A stretch of 64,000 bases of DNA from Octopus vulgaris (GCA_951406725.2 OX597828.1:39122001-39186000); one strand, 5' to 3'. Positions 37,601 to 50,395 are shown, counted from the first letter of the stretch. Notes: generated by a model from the letters alone, not told the origin. Made by a program: numbers and translations.

Positions 37601-40600
37601 CTCCTGGGGCTAAAAGCTACAGTAACACCCACCCTTAGTGGTTAGCCATATTGAGATGGCTAGTATACTTTACGTTGTTTTATTATACTTTGCTGATTAA
37701 AATGTGAATCTGTGTCTGAGATATGAGAATAAAATTTTGTTGCTGCTCAATCCCAGGTTAGTTCCGATCAAGCAGACATCCAATCAGAAGTGTTTCAGAC
37801 ATGACCAGCTGTCTGTTTGTATATCAAGAACTGAAATCTGTGATTTGAAAGTGATTCACTGCTGTTTTTTGCAGATTGGGTGGTTGTATAGAAGTTCCCT
37901 CATTGGCTTGAAGTGTAGAACATATTTTTACTTGATTTAATGATTCAAGGGAGAAGTATTTTCTTGTTTTAGAGTAGGTACTTCAGAAAATATTTTAAAC
38001 CCACCTGGAACAAGCTGTTTCATTAATTTCATTAAACCTTTCTTTTTTAACTGAATATGTTATCTATTTCTTGTTCATTTCTCATTGCACATTATCTTAA
38101 GATGGAGAATATACATCCACTGGTTCCTGTTTAGTAGATAATATAGCCAGCTAACAATGTTTAGTCACAATGTAATGTAGAGGAACAATGAATTCAACAA
38201 TCCTTCTGAGCAGGATCATGTCTGTATGCCTAAGAAGTTTGCCCATTCATGTTCCAGGTTTGATCTTATTGTGCAGCACTTTGGACAAGTGCCTTGTGTG
38301 AAAGACTGGCTTGATCAACACCTTGTTAGGGAAAGTCTATTGTGTGTGTGTTTTGTATCAGATTGTGCTGAGAATCTATACATTCATATAGAAGTAGTCT
38401 ACAGTATTAATGTCTGACTGAGTTTTGTTCCCCTTATACCAATGACCGAGAATATGTCTGAGATTTAACACTCTTAAGTCTTTTTTTTATTTGTTGTTTT
38501 CACTGTTTTTACTTGGGATACTCATGACTTCCTTTGAGTTTTTGGCAGCCACCTTAAAACATTTTCAGTTTTTTGCTTCCATTTCTAAAATCATGTATCC
38601 TAAAATTTCTATTGAAAAAAAAAGAAAGAAAAAGAAAGTTTTGTTTGTAGTCTTCTAATCGGGAATACTGTCATTTTTACAGCATGAGACACGAGGTAGC
38701 TTCTCTGGCAGCAACCTTTATGATTTAGCTGCTGTTATTGTCCACCATGGTTCTGGGTGAGTTTATTTTCTGATTTTGTGAATATTATCTCCACTATTAT
38801 TTAGTTAGAATCATGTCACAAGTTTTCACCATTTCAGAAGTTCACTCACAATTATCTTTATCACATTTTTCTTTTAGATCATCACTGAGTTTTATCTTAC
38901 TTTAAAATATCTCCAGTGTATGTATATCCAACATGTTGCTACTTTGTATTTATCCCTCTTTTAACTTTGTTGTTATTAAACATTTTCATAATAAAATACA
39001 ATTTGCAAATAATCCCTTGCTGCTAACTGTGTAAATTTAACAACCTTATATATCTCATGTTTACTGACTACAAATGCAGCATTTTATTTTCCTCTTATTT
39101 GTGCAGGTGGCACGTAAAAAGCACCCACTACACTCACGGAGTGGTTGGCGTTAGGAAGGGCATCCAGCTGTAGAAACATTGCCAGATTAGACTGGAGCCT
39201 GGTGCAGCCTTCTGGCTTCCCAGAACCCCGGTCGAACCGTCCAACCCATGCTAGCATGGAGAACGGACGTTAAACGACGATGATGATGATGATTACATTT
39301 CACTTTGGCTGTTCTTACTATTCTTTCTTAAATGTGTATATGAAATTTTATTTATAAATAAACTAACTTTATTTTAGTAACAGAAGTTAAATTTCCCATT
39401 TTCTTCCAACTCGTCTGCTCTTTTTTCTGGTTTAAGTTAACATTTCTAAATAATTCTTATGGATATGTCACTATGTTTAGATATAGTTTGTGGTTTGTCC
39501 ATCATCTATATGTGATTAAACCACAGTTTCTTATAAATGATTTTGTCAGATCATATAACATATTAGCATGGCTGTGTGGCAAACGTTTCCTTTGCAACCA
39601 TGTAATGCCTGGTTCAATCCCACTCCAGCTGACAGCATAGACTAGTGTCTTCTACCTTAGTGTAAGTTAAATTTGGTAGAAAGAAATCGTCTTGATGTCT
39701 AACGGATTTGTGTGTGATGTCAAAAAGTTGATGCATCAAACAAAAATAGTCTTATTTCAATCTGCCTTTGTTGCCTCCCCTTCAAATTTAGTGATTTTTG
39801 CCTTTTGTCTTTGAGGTTAAATAAAATCTTTGAAGACAGTGCTTCAACAAGCTGCCATCTAATGGTTAAATATATATATATATATAAAGAAATTGAAGAA
39901 TTTCCTATAAAGGCATGCTCATTAATTGATATTACCCCTATTGTCAAGTAGATTAGGTACCACTCTCCAAAAATACTGTTCACTCAAAGCAAGGGAAGTT
40001 ATTCACAAACAGTTTCTTTTATCATCTTAAACTAAACTCCTTATTTCTGGTTCAAACAACATTATATTCTTCACCAAAAATATTGATCCTGGTTTTTCAA
40101 TCAAACTAATAACTTCTATGGAATGTTTTGTTATTTTATTTTAGATTCATCTGACATTGAATGTCAGATTTTAATCATCATTATCATCATCATCAGTCTG
40201 CTTTCAGTGTTGGCAAGGAACGGATGGGTCATCCCTCTCTGAGTAGGTTCTTATTCAGTGTTACAGCTGTCTAAGACAGGTTGGAGGATCGCATCTCATT
40301 TGTATGTTCTCAGTTTTGGCATAATTTCTTCATTTAACATCTGTTTTCCATACTGGCATGGGTTAGACGGTTTGACTGAAACTGGTTAGCTGGGGAGCTG
40401 CACCAGGTTCCAATCTGATTTCGCATGGTTTCTACAGCTTGATGCCCTTCCTAATGCCAACCATTCCAAGAATGTAGTAGGTGCTATTTACATGTCAGTT
40501 GCGAAACAGTGACATCAGCCACAACTATGATCTCACATCATCCTCTTTAATTGTTTTATGTCCATCATCCAAGCCTGTATGGTTTGTTGCGAGTCCTTTA

Positions 40601-43271
40601 GAATTTATGGTTAGATGCTCTTCCTTGCCATCCACTTGCAGCAAGAATTGGGTGTGTTTTATCTTGCTACTGGCATTGAGTTTTTACCATATCAGAACTA
40701 AAGTGTTCCCTCTACTTTGTATCTTTTTTTTTTTTTTTAGTTACTACTCCCCTAGGTAGGTTTGGAAACTCTAGATTTCTACATCGTCTGTTTATTTATT
40801 ACAGCTTTATGTTTTCTTTATCTTAGCATTCTAACTGCCTGAGTAGCATGCCTTCCTCAGTGGTTTGGTGTGTGTAGACTATTAGAAGAAAGTACTTTAC
40901 TTGAGAAAAGAAGTAGGGGTTGGAGCGAGACAGGATATCAGGCTGTAGAAGACTGCCTCAATAAGTCTCATTCAACCCATGCCAGCATGGAAAAAGACAT
41001 AAAACAATGATGATGATTGTCTCAATTTTTTCTTTTTCTTTTTAAAACGTTTAGAGCAGGGGCTCCCAAACTTTTTAGACCATTGACCTCTTCATGGAGT
41101 CCTTAACCCCTCATCAACCCTCAAGCATGTAAAGAAAATATATAAATAATAATTAAGTAGATGTGCATTTATCGACTCTTTGAATAGTCCTATTGACCCG
41201 AAGGGGTTGATATTGACTACTTTGGAGACCCCTGGTTTATAGGGATTATTTATCATATAGATTAAGGCAGAGGTGGGGCAAGTGTCTTCTACTATTACCT
41301 CAGACTGGCTAAAGCCTTGCAAGTGGATTTAGTTGATAGAAACTGAATGAAGCTTGTGTGTGTGTGATGGTTGTAAACAAACACCACCATCATATAAGTG
41401 GTGTTTATTCCTTACTTGAAATACATGAGGGTTGGTAACAGCAAGGGCACCTGGCCATAGATTTGCATCAACAAATTCTGTCTGACCCATACAAGCACGA
41501 AAAAGTGAGCATTAAATGACAATGATAATGATGATGATGATTAGTTTTTATAATTTTAGTGTAGCAGAATAGCTAAGACATTACTTCCAGAAACTTCAGT
41601 AAGCTTCCTTATATGGTATTGATATAAATTATATAAAATATTTAACATTTGTTGTGTAGTTGTTTGTAACATTAAATTATTGAAATATATCCTATCAGTA
41701 AAAACAATCTAATTCGTTTGTTTTGTTTTCCATTTGTCAGTGCTGGTTCAGGACATTATACTTCATATGCTATTCACAAAGGTGAGATGAATTTCTGCAA
41801 TTCAAATGGACTTTTGTATTTAACTTTGTTGAAAATATTCTCTAATGTACAACATAACTTTTCAATAAGTGAAGTCATTGCTATTTCTTAAATTGCTACA
41901 CTTCTTGGGAAATATTTCTGACTGCATTTATTATAATTTCACCAAGTGTGTGTGTGATCTATATAGCTTGCATGAATCAACAAAGGAGACTGTATGTACT
42001 GAGATTGCATCTACCATCTTAATGATGCGAATATTTTACTACATTGTAGTGAAATATTGTTGCAGGAGCAGATACAGTGGCGCATTAGTTTATGAATTTA
42101 ATTCATTCCTGAATGCCTGAAATGTTAGTAAGCCAAAACTGTTTCTGCCATCAGAAAGTCAAGAGAAGGCACAGCAAATTCAAGCAGGGATGTGCACTGA
42201 GTGAATGCTAGACATCAACTGACACTCGCCCCCACACTGATGATGCACCCAGCTTGTTGCCAAGTGTTGTGGCCAGCCTGTATACTCATTACTCGAGGCA
42301 CCATTCATCACCTGAGATGCTTTACATTAAAAAAAATTGTTTATAAACCAATATAGGCGCACGAGTGGGTGTGTGGTAAGTAGCTTGCTAACCAACCAGA
42401 TGATTCCGTGTTCAGTCCCACTGCATGGCATCTTGGGCAAGTGTCTTCTGCTATAGCCCCGGGCCGACCAATGCCTTGTGAGTGGATTTGGTAGACGGAA
42501 ACTGAAAGAAGCCTGTCATATATATGTATGTATATATAAGTGTGTGTGTCTGTGTTTGTCCCCCCAGCATTGCTTGACAACCGATGCTGGTGTGTTTACG
42601 TCCCCGTCACTTAGCGGTTCAGCAAAAGAGACCGATAGAATAAGTACTGGGCTTACAAAGAATAAGTCCTGGGGTCGATTTGCTCGACTAAAGGTGGTGC
42701 TCCAGCATGGCCGCAGTCAAATGACTGAAACAAGTAAAAAGAGTATATGTTCTTGATGAGAGGCACTAGTAAACTGAAGTTTGACTGTAAATGGTACCTG
42801 ACCAAAAGAGAGAGAGAGAGAGAGAAGGTGATCCTAACCAGAACAAATTTGACTTAGTGTTTGCTCACTCTACTAAACATCAGAGTGTATCTGTTTGAAT
42901 GAATAAAGTTGACATGAAAAAAAAGGAAAGATGAATGGACAGACGGTTTTATAATCACTTGGAGTGAATTGTTAGTATGGACGCCTGCATAATATTTAGT
43001 ATTCTGAAGATATGTTTATAATTTTTTTTAAAAATGGGAAGAGTTGAATTACCTTGGTGGTAAGATTCCCTAAGAATTTCTTTTGAAATTTCTTTTGATA
43101 TTTCTTTTTGTTCTTGTTGTTGCAGGTGTTTGGTACCACTTTAATGACAGCAATGTCACAGTATGCAATGAAGAGACTGTGTCACGCTGTAAAGCCTATA
43201 TCTTGTTCTATGTGCGACGTGAATTCAAGCTTCCAGAAAATATTGGAGTAAACAATAAACTTGATGATTAG
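19825..43271 (+). CDS. USP3: Ubiquitin carboxyl-terminal hydrolase 3-like gene (ZnF-UBP + USP domain); 5'-incomplete, 12 coding exons in window
   Basis: Twelve GT-AG exons with compatible phases give 1282 nt. Motifs: [85 protein letters not shown] and AYILFY, as in USP3. Confidence 0.93.
20221..20442. mobile_element. pogo/Tigger-type MITE
   Basis: TA|CAGAAACCCCTCG ... CGAGGGATTACTG|TA, imperfect TIRs. Confidence 0.75.
20570..21565 (+). mobile_element. Degenerate RTE-clade LINE (reverse transcriptase region to 3' end)
   Basis: Broken frames yield [25 protein letters not shown] and [13 protein letters not shown]; many stops and frameshifts. Confidence 0.65.
21935..22145 (+). mobile_element. 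Penelope-like repeat end with minimal hammerhead (22009-22043)
   Basis: GTTT-CTGACGA-A-GAG(CTCCA)CTT-GAAAC-GTT-AAAT; the element ends in (TA)n. Confidence 0.55.
22374..22458 (+). CDS. USP3: USP3 exon (basic linker): [28 protein letters not shown]
   Basis: cag|T...TTG|gtgagt; 85 nt, phase 2-0, bridges the neighbouring exons in frame. Confidence 0.8.
23404..23630 (+). mobile_element. Young tRNA-derived SINE (chimeric)
   Basis: CpG-intact head TGGCCTAGTGGTTAG...TTTCGATTC shared with the SINE at 18264-18576; different 3' tail. Confidence 0.8.
25637..25719 (+). CDS. USP3: USP3 exon (Cys box): [27 protein letters not shown]
   Basis: aag|GAC...AG|gtaaaa; 83 nt; catalytic Cys motif. Confidence 0.92.
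26004..26500 (-). mobile_element. Tc1/mariner DD37D (maT-like) transposon relic, 3' part
   Basis: Minus translation [19 protein letters not shown]...[12 protein letters not shown] has 37 residues between the two Asp. There is an in-frame stop and a 23-bp duplication; the terminus is TA|CAGGGTG. Confidence 0.85.
27494..27604 (+). CDS. USP3: USP3 exon: [36 protein letters not shown]
   Basis: gcag|C...GT|gtaagt; 111 nt, phase 2-2. Confidence 0.9.
28215..28520 (+). mobile_element. SINE-family repeat with internal ~65-bp subrepeats and GGCGTTAGGAAGGGCATCCAGC core
   Basis: Same family as 35725-35998, 39106-39292 and 63481-63885. Confidence 0.7.
28640..28885 (-). mobile_element. RTE-like LINE 3' fragment
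   Basis: Minus translation YGHV...[27 protein letters not shown]. Confidence 0.7.
29588..29701 (+). CDS. USP3: USP3 exon: [37 protein letters not shown]
   Basis: ttag|G...AG|gtaagt; 114 nt, phase 2-2. Confidence 0.92.
   Translation, partial: AFSGRTAENVDSFMAGNQDSYIPRFSLLSDLASCTQI
30383..30603 (+). CDS. USP3: USP3 exon: [19 protein letters not shown]...[25 protein letters not shown]
   Basis: ttcag|A...G|gtaatc; 221 nt, phase 2-1. Confidence 0.95.
30796..31034 (+). mobile_element. Young SINE with Deu/Nin-like core, inserted in an older antisense relative
   Basis: Core CTTTCATCCTTTCGGGGTCGATAAA with CpGs intact; TSD gatacttattttatt at 30781-30795 and 31035-31049. Confidence 0.85.
32369..32685. 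mobile_element. hAT-type MITE
   Basis: Termini CAGTGGTTCTCAAC / GTTGAGGACCACTG; TSD degenerate. Confidence 0.75.
33212..33295 (+). CDS. USP3: USP3 exon: [28 protein letters not shown]
   Basis: ctag|AT...G|gtgagt; 84 nt, phase 1-1. Confidence 0.92.
33442..33555 (+). ncRNA. Extended type I hammerhead ribozyme motif (intronic, sense)
   Basis: Stem I TCTTTG/CAAAGA, core CCGATGA, stem II GACG/CGTC with a long insert, GAAAC, stem III palindrome ACAATGCATTGT, GTC triplet. Confidence 0.72.
34201..34354 (-). mobile_element. SINE 3' part (GGCGTTAGGAAGGGCATCC core, GAT tail)
   Basis: Reverse complement of 35841-35998. Confidence 0.8.
34664..34782 (+). CDS. USP3: USP3 exon: [40 protein letters not shown]
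   Basis: ttcag|AT...AAT|gtaaat; 119 nt, phase 1-0. Confidence 0.93.
35725..35998 (+). mobile_element. SINE (Meta-like core, GAT-repeat tail)
   Basis: GGCGTTAGGAAGGGCATCCAGCTGTAGAAAC...GGACATTAAACGATGATGAT; multicopy in the window. Confidence 0.8.
36656..36775 (+). CDS. USP3: USP3 exon: [40 protein letters not shown]
   Basis: ttcag|GTT...TTG|gtaagt; 120 nt, phase 0-0. Confidence 0.95.
38683..38756 (+). CDS. USP3: USP3 exon: [24 protein letters not shown]
   Basis: tacag|CAT...GG|gtgagt; 74 nt, phase 0-2. Confidence 0.93.
39106..39292 (+). mobile_element. SINE 3' part (same family as 35725-35998)
   Basis: Near-identical to 35822-35998. Confidence 0.8.
41057..41234. mobile_element. hAT-type MITE
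   Basis: CAGGGGCTCCCAAAC / CTTTGGAGACCCCTG; flanks gtttagag / gtttatag (7/8 match). Confidence 0.75.
41741..41781 (+). CDS. USP3: USP3 small exon with catalytic His: [13 protein letters not shown]
   Basis: tcag|T...G|gtgaga; 41 nt, phase 2-1. Confidence 0.92.
42356..42742 (+). mobile_element. Full-length tRNA-derived SINE with CORE-like segment
   Basis: Head TGGGTGTGTGGTAAG..GTTCAGTCC, segment CTTGGGCAAGTGTCTT and tail ATGACTGAAACAAGTAAAA; many partial copies occur across the window. Confidence 0.85.
43126..43271 (+). CDS. USP3: USP3 last coding exon: [47 protein letters not shown]
   Basis: tgcag|GT...TAG; FNDS and AYILFY motifs. Confidence 0.95.
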
Positions 43272-46200
43272 ATAATCCATGCATATATGTAGGCAGACCA
43301 CCATGCCTCACAAACACACATACACACACACGTATACACCCACAAATATATGAGCCAACAAAGGAGCCTCTATGTGGTCGCTTGACCTGCTAGAAATAGC
43401 AGCCAAATTTACCTTAAATCTCACCCTACCATCTTAAAAAAAGATGATATCTAATTAGGCTTGTTTGCTACTCGAGTTTTGAGCCCAAGAGCAAACAGAG
43501 GGTTTCTCTCCGGGCTTGCTGGTCTTCTGCTAGTGTTGCTATTTGTCTTGGTGACCTCATGATTCTGGGTATTGACCCTTAAATGGGAGTATTTGTCAAC
43601 AGGGAGTGAGAGAAGGAGAGAGAAAGAGAGGGAGAGTAAGAAAATGAAAAAACAAAAAAAACAAACAAATTAAAAGAACAGTTGTTGCAGAACTGGTTGC
43701 ATCGTTAGTTCTTATGAACTCCCTCAGTTCTATTCAAGCTGTACCAGGCTGTACCAAATTGTACCAATTGACTATGCACAATAACTTTTTAGTGTGCGTG
43801 TTTGTACAGAGATATTAAGCGTTCCTGGAGTTAAAGATTTGGTTTCAGTTTTGCTGGGAAGCCCAGTGAAAGTAGAAGCTTCATAATTTATACTACCTCA
43901 TTGTGCTTCAGCTCAGTGGCTGGAAAACTTTTCCTATTTTCATTCTATTTTAGATTTTTTATTTTCATTTTTTTTTCTTCCATTTTCCCCTTTTTTTTTT
44001 TTCGTTCATTTTTTCCTTTTTTTTCTCCCTCTTATTTTCATAACCATCTTTCAAAACTATTTACAAGTTTATAAATTTATTTCACTCATGAAAATGTCTT
44101 AAGTATATTTTCTAATAAGTCCTGCCTTCCTTGGTCAACAAGATTTATTAGAAGCCATTTAACAGTGGATTGATTCATAGAACAGCAATGTGCTATCAAC
44201 TTTTTTTTTTTTTTTAATTTCTCCTCATTCTCAACCAATTTATATTCTAATGTTATTTTACAGAGAATAGTTAATAATAATTTTTAATATTTCATACCAA
44301 ACAATGGTTTTAGTTAATTGTATTCTAAACTTTAGAATGTATAACTGTGTTTACAATAACAAAAAAGAAAAAAAACGAAACAATTTTTTAAAAATTCCAT
44401 TGATCACAAATTGATTTAGGAATTGTTGAAACTTAAGGGATATTCGCTGTTCGAAGTAGAAAAATACTATATCATGTTTTATGGGTTCAAATGAGCTTCT
44501 GATTTGGTATCTGGGTAACTTTTAATATTTTAGTTCTATTTTCAAATAACACTCTTTTGTTAACATAAATTGGCTCTATTTGAGATTCAAAAGAGGTTTT
44601 TTTTTTCCTTAGATATAACGTATCATAATGGTCCTCAGAATTTAAGAAGAAAAACATCAATTAGGATTATTGTCTTCAGCAAAATTGCAGTTATAATATG
44701 TTGTAAAAAACAGAAATTATTTTCTACAAACTAAAAACACCAGTGATAATTATTATCCACTAAATCATTTCATGTTTCAAGCTAAGACAAATTTCTGTCG
44801 TTCCCACATCATTTTTCATTTATTATAAAATATAACACTTTTTTTATTTTATTTTCTGTCTTTCTATTTTCTTTTCATTTTTTTTTTTTTTAGTTGGTTC
44901 CTTGCAGAACTTCATTGACTCATTGGGTTTGTTTGCCTTTGAACAACTGAATGTTGTCATAATTATGTACTGAGGTCTTATGAAGCATTATTGATATGTT
45001 GTCATCAACATCATCATCATCACCATCATCATTATCATCAATAATCAGTGTAAAAAGTGACAAATAAAAGGTTTGGGCGAAGGCCTTATCATCTGTATAA
45101 GAGAAATTCTTTCATGTTATTAGTTGAGATACAAGAAAGATTTTGTCATTTACAGAAAACTGTCCATTAGTAAAGAATTGTTCAATAAGTATACAACCTT
45201 ATTTCTATTTAAAATCATCACCGTGATCAGCATTCTTCTTCTTCTTCTTCTCATTATTATTGTTATTATTATTAATTCTTTTTTCTCATGGAACAATGCA
45301 TTCAAGAAATGTCTGTAAGTGAAGTGACTCTATTTGTTAGGTAACAACATCATCTTTCATATGTTACGTCAGTTGTGCTATCAGTGAAGTGATTACTCAA
45401 AACTTCAGCCTCATACTGAAGTCAGATTAATCAAAGATTAACTCATGCGAAAAATCAGCAATATTGCCCAACTTGCCATTATATTTAGCATTTTCTTTTT
45501 TTTTTGTTTTGTTTTTTTCTCTTTAAACTGACAAATGTTCCTTCTGGTTTAACACCTTTCCATGGCCCTTGGATATTTTTTTTGCAGAAAACACTGTTGC
45601 AAGCATTCAGGACTGGTTTTTGGTTTGAGGACACCTCATGGATTGTGGTTTATTCTTCCTTCTCTCCACCACTGTGAGGCCCTACAAAAAGGCCGTGGGT
45701 GCTGTTAATCCTTCGATTATATCATAAATTCTTTAAAAATGTTGTGTAATAAGCGTGTGCTTTAATGGCTGACAAGAGAGGTAACTGCTTCTTTTTATGC
45801 TTATTAATTACCTCCCCTTTATTAAACACTTCATTCCCGAGTTTTGATTTGACATTTTTGTTTCACAGAATAGATACTTAGCTAAGGAATATTGTCTTGC
45901 ATCTCCAGAATGGTATCGAAACAGATTAGACAGCATCCCTAAGAGGAATCTACTTTTAAAAATAAAATAGAAGAAAAACTTTTACAGGTTTCAGTCATTG
46001 AATGGACACCACTTTCAGAGATTGTAGCTGATTCTTGGGAAGCTGAAAGGCAAAAGCAGCATTTCTTCCAACTTTACGTTCTGAGTTCAAATGCCACCCT
46101 TTCTGGGTCGATAAAATAAGTGCCAGTTGATTACTGTGGTCGATGTAGTCAACTTACCCAACCCTTCAAAAACTGTTGACCCTATGCCAAAATTTGAGAT

Positions 46201-48058
46201 TATTATTATTTTTATTAGGAAAATAGTTGACATGGCTTTTGTTCCTTACTCTATTTTGTTTTATAAATCCGTGAGAAATACAAAACAGCTGTATGGTCAA
46301 GGAATTTACTTTGCAACCATGTGGTTCAGAGGTCAATCCCACTACCTGATTTCCTCTTGGGTAACTGTCTACAGCCATAGCTCAGATTGATCTTCTCTTT
46401 AAGAGTGAAATTTGATATACAGGAACTTCGGATACCCATGGTGTATGCGTGCGTGTGTGTGTGTGTGCGCGCTTCTGTGCCTGTATGTGATGTGCGTATA
46501 CTGGTGAAAGATATACACATTAAACATATTAGCAAAAAATTGATTAACCAGTGGATCAGAGAAAAAGCATCTTGTGGTAGCTGTTTCACGACTTTACCTT
46601 GTCGTTTTCACCATTGAAAATAGATTGAACCACTATTGCTTTATTGGAGATTTGTAACCAACAATGCTATTTTTTGCAAATTGCAACATGAAATTAAGTT
46701 AAACTAATGTTGGTGTAATTCATATTCAGATACATAAGGCCATGACCCCAGTTACAAATATATCTGTGCTGGTTCTGTCATTTATGTCATATTTGTACTC
46801 ATATATTCATGTTTGTGTGTGTGGCATAACTGAGTTCAATCCTATATATGCTGTGGTGCCTTAGGCAAGTATCTTTACTGTAACCCTGGACTAATCAATG
46901 CCTTGTTAGGGAATTTGGTAATTGGAAACTGAAAGAAGCTTGATGCGTGTGTGTGTGTGTATATGAGGGGGCATGGCCTTGTTGTTAGGGTACTAATGAT
47001 TGCGAGATCATCTCATTTCCAGGACCCGGTTGTGCATTGTGTTCTTGAGCAAGACACTTCATCTCACATTGTTCTCTGTTCATTTTGCTACCTGACATGT
47101 AAATCACCGGGGGGAGCGACCTAATGTACAGCATAAACATTTGTTCACCCATTTGTGCCAGTTGTTCAGCAAGAAATTGCAGAACTGTCTTTCTTTGACT
47201 GTGAGAGACTATCATCACCGTGTGTGTGTGAATGTTTACGAAACATTATGCTCAGCTAAGCTGCAGGTGATGATGTCTATTGGACATTTCCTGACAGTAA
47301 GCCATCCACTGTTTTTGCACTTTCAAATTTTAGTGGAATAAAAATTTTTAAAAATTCCTCTCACATGAAACATTGGGCAGGCATCAGGAAGTGTATCTGA
47401 CCAAATAAAATCCTGTCTTAGTTTCCTACTATCTAAACCAGTCAAGGGCAATCTACAGTCCACAAGACTTTCTGAGTGATATACCTAACGAAAAGCTATC
47501 TTGAATTATTTTAGAAGTGCATCCTGCCTTGTGATGAACCAGATCTTATGTCACCAGAGGTTTGCTCATGCATGATCTAAACTATGCTAGCATGAAACAA
47601 CTTGCATTAAATGAAAAGATACATAGATAATGCTGACTACATTATCAGGAGATCTGTTCTTATTAGTCATTGTGTTCTGCTCCTGAATAAGGCCCATAAC
47701 TGTGTTGAATCCAGTTTGGTTTACTGAACAAACTGTTTGTGGTAGGAGTAGTTTCTAAATGTAAAGATATTTGCTACAAATAATAAGCCATCTCCTCCAT
47801 GTTAGCTCTACAACTCTGTGTCACAAGGTTTTTGTATTTATATGTACACTCACACATACATACACAAATACAACTGCTGTCAATAGATTGTCATTTTGCT
47901 TAGCAAATGCAAGAAATAGAGCAGACATCACATTAATATGTTTTATAATATTCGTTTTAAATCAGATATTAATTACATTTACTTATTGAATTAATGTTCT
48001 TTATTCTTGATGTTAATAGTTTTACTGTGGCAAAAAGATTTATTTATTTTTACTTTAA

Positions 48059-48476
48059 CCTTATAACATCTATTATTCATAATTTTTGGTGCTTTAAATA
48101 TTACTCACAAAGTTTATAGTCTCTTCACATTTGAATAGCCTTATTGCATACAAAGTATTATAGTTGTTTCAGATTTATTACCACTAGATTGTCATATATA
48201 TGTATATAAAGGGGATTTTTTTAGAAAAATTATTTAAAAAAATAATCCCTTTTATACTTAAAGTGTATTAAGTGATTTTCAGAATGACTTTCATATATAT
48301 ATATATATATATATAATGTATATATTAATTGCTGGTATGCAACCATATATTAAAGGCTTTATAAGTTAACGCCGTGTCCTACCATGTTAGCAGTACAATT
48401 CAATAACTTTTTAAAGTTATCTCCACAGATTTTCTACGTAAAAATAGCTTTAAAAAGTTATGTATGTATGTTTGTA

Positions 48477-48530
<54 letters not shown>

Positions 48531-48698
48531 TACGTATTTATATGTATGCATATATATGTGTGTGTATATACACTGCATATGTGTAAGTAAATTTAATTTT
48601 CTTTACATCAAACACACTCTTCACCCGTAAATAAGCTAAAAAAAAGACGAAGTTGTTTTGTTTTCTTTCTGCGCATTAATAATTTAGGTGTTATAAGG
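48059..48698. mobile_element. piggyBac-type MITE
   Basis: TTAA|CCTTATAACATCTA ... TAGGTGTTATAAGG|TTAA. Confidence 0.7.
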
Positions 48699-48880
48699 TT
48701 AAATGAAATTTTAAATTCTTATTTACTTCCTTAAATGTGTATTTTTCATCCCCTGAAGTCTTATTTTCAATATTTCTTTTGAATTTTCTCTTTAGACTCT
48801 TAATCTTGTAATCTTACTTTCCCTCCAGCGCAGAGGAAGAATTTACAAAAGTACAATATTACATTTCAACAACATACCTA

Positions 48881-48917
<37 letters not shown>

Positions 48918-49972
48918 CTTACAGCAGCTTAGCAATAACTGACAACTTAATGATGTGCCCCAAATTACTTCCTGTGAAATAAAGGATACATATAGAGTTT
49001 CATATTACATTTTATTAGGGAAGCAGTAGAGTAGCAGAAACAGTATAGCCCCTGACTATATCCCTTGCATCCAGTTTCTGGTTGATGCAGTTTTGCAAGC
49101 ATTCTGGGTTCATTTCCCACTAGTGTCTCAGCTTTACCTTTCATCAGTAAAGTAAGCGACAGACAAGTACTAGCATCAGTTCATTCAACTATACAAATCT
49201 GTGCCATAATTGGGTAAGAGATCATTATTAGACTCCAAGCTATTTCATAAGAGTTTTCAGCACAATCAACCAATTCTTATCTAGTCAAATTTTTTACATT
49301 TCTTTCATCATACACACACACACACACACACACATTTACAGTTGAAAGTCTGTGCAAAGCGTTTTCTTTTTCTAGCCATAATGTTGTCTTTGCTTTGTGT
49401 TTTAATGAATTCAGAAATATCAGATGATAATCGTAATGATAATAACGGTTTCAAATTTCGGCACAAGGCCAGCAATTTCAGGGACACAGTAAGCCAATTG
49501 TATCGACCTCATACTTAACTGGTATTTATTTTATCGACCCTGAAAAGATGAACGGCAAAGTCAACCTCGGTGGAATTTGAACTTAGAATGCAAAGCTGGA
49601 TGAAATACCATGAAGCATTTTGCCCAGTGTGCTAACCATGTTGCCAGCATTCCACCCTAATCATAATGATAACAGCAGTAATGATTTGGCTCCTATTTCA
49701 GTGGGTGGGGTTTTTTTTTTTTCTTCCTGTAACATCAACCAAAGCCTAATCATATGAAGTCATCTCAAGTTATCCTATTTTATCTTGCACACATTTAATA
49801 CAGTCAGTTGGTTGTAGGTTCAATCCCTGATGTGTGACAACTTAAACAAGCATCTTGTACCATAGCCTCTGGTTGACCAGTGCCTCGAGAATGGAATTTA
49901 GTTGACCTCTTATATAGACAGTCACTGTTTTGGGGATGATAGACTAATCTTTCACTTGGTTTAATACTTTAA

Positions 49973-50395
49973 CCCTTTAGCATTCAGATTACTCTGTGTC
50001 AAATGTAATGCTTATTTATTAATCATGCATTATCTTATAGGCTTTAAGATTTTGATAATGTGATTATTATTTTTAGAATGATATAGGGTAGGTGTGAGAG
50101 GCTGGATCTAGCCAGTTTGAACATAAAACAGGTCGAATATTTTGACTGGATATGGCCAGCTTAACCTTTTTGTTACCATATTTCTGTTGAGATGCTCTGT
50201 GTTTCTTTAAATTACTTTGAATATAACAAAGAATTTAGTAAAAATAACTTAGTTATCATTCAGCTAGTGTCAGGAACATAAATTATGACTTGGGTTTGGT
50301 GGAAGATTTTAATTAAAAACTTATGAAAACAAGACATTTGTACTCAGAGCTAGGGCCGGTTTCAGCCGGGTTGGTAAAGAAAGGGTTAAATGCTA
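49973..50395. mobile_element. piggyBac-type MITE (family of 16736-16956) with a second TTAA MITE nested at 50165-50385
   Basis: Collinear with 16736-16956 until an internal TTAA. The insert is TTAA|CCTTTTTGTTACC...GGTAAAGAAAGGG|TTAA. Confidence 0.8.

Noticed and set aside
43736-43772. Three tandem TGTACCA units in the 3'UTR as RNA-binding-protein sites
   Set aside because: They do not match a defined motif such as UGUANAUA and are too short to support a claim.
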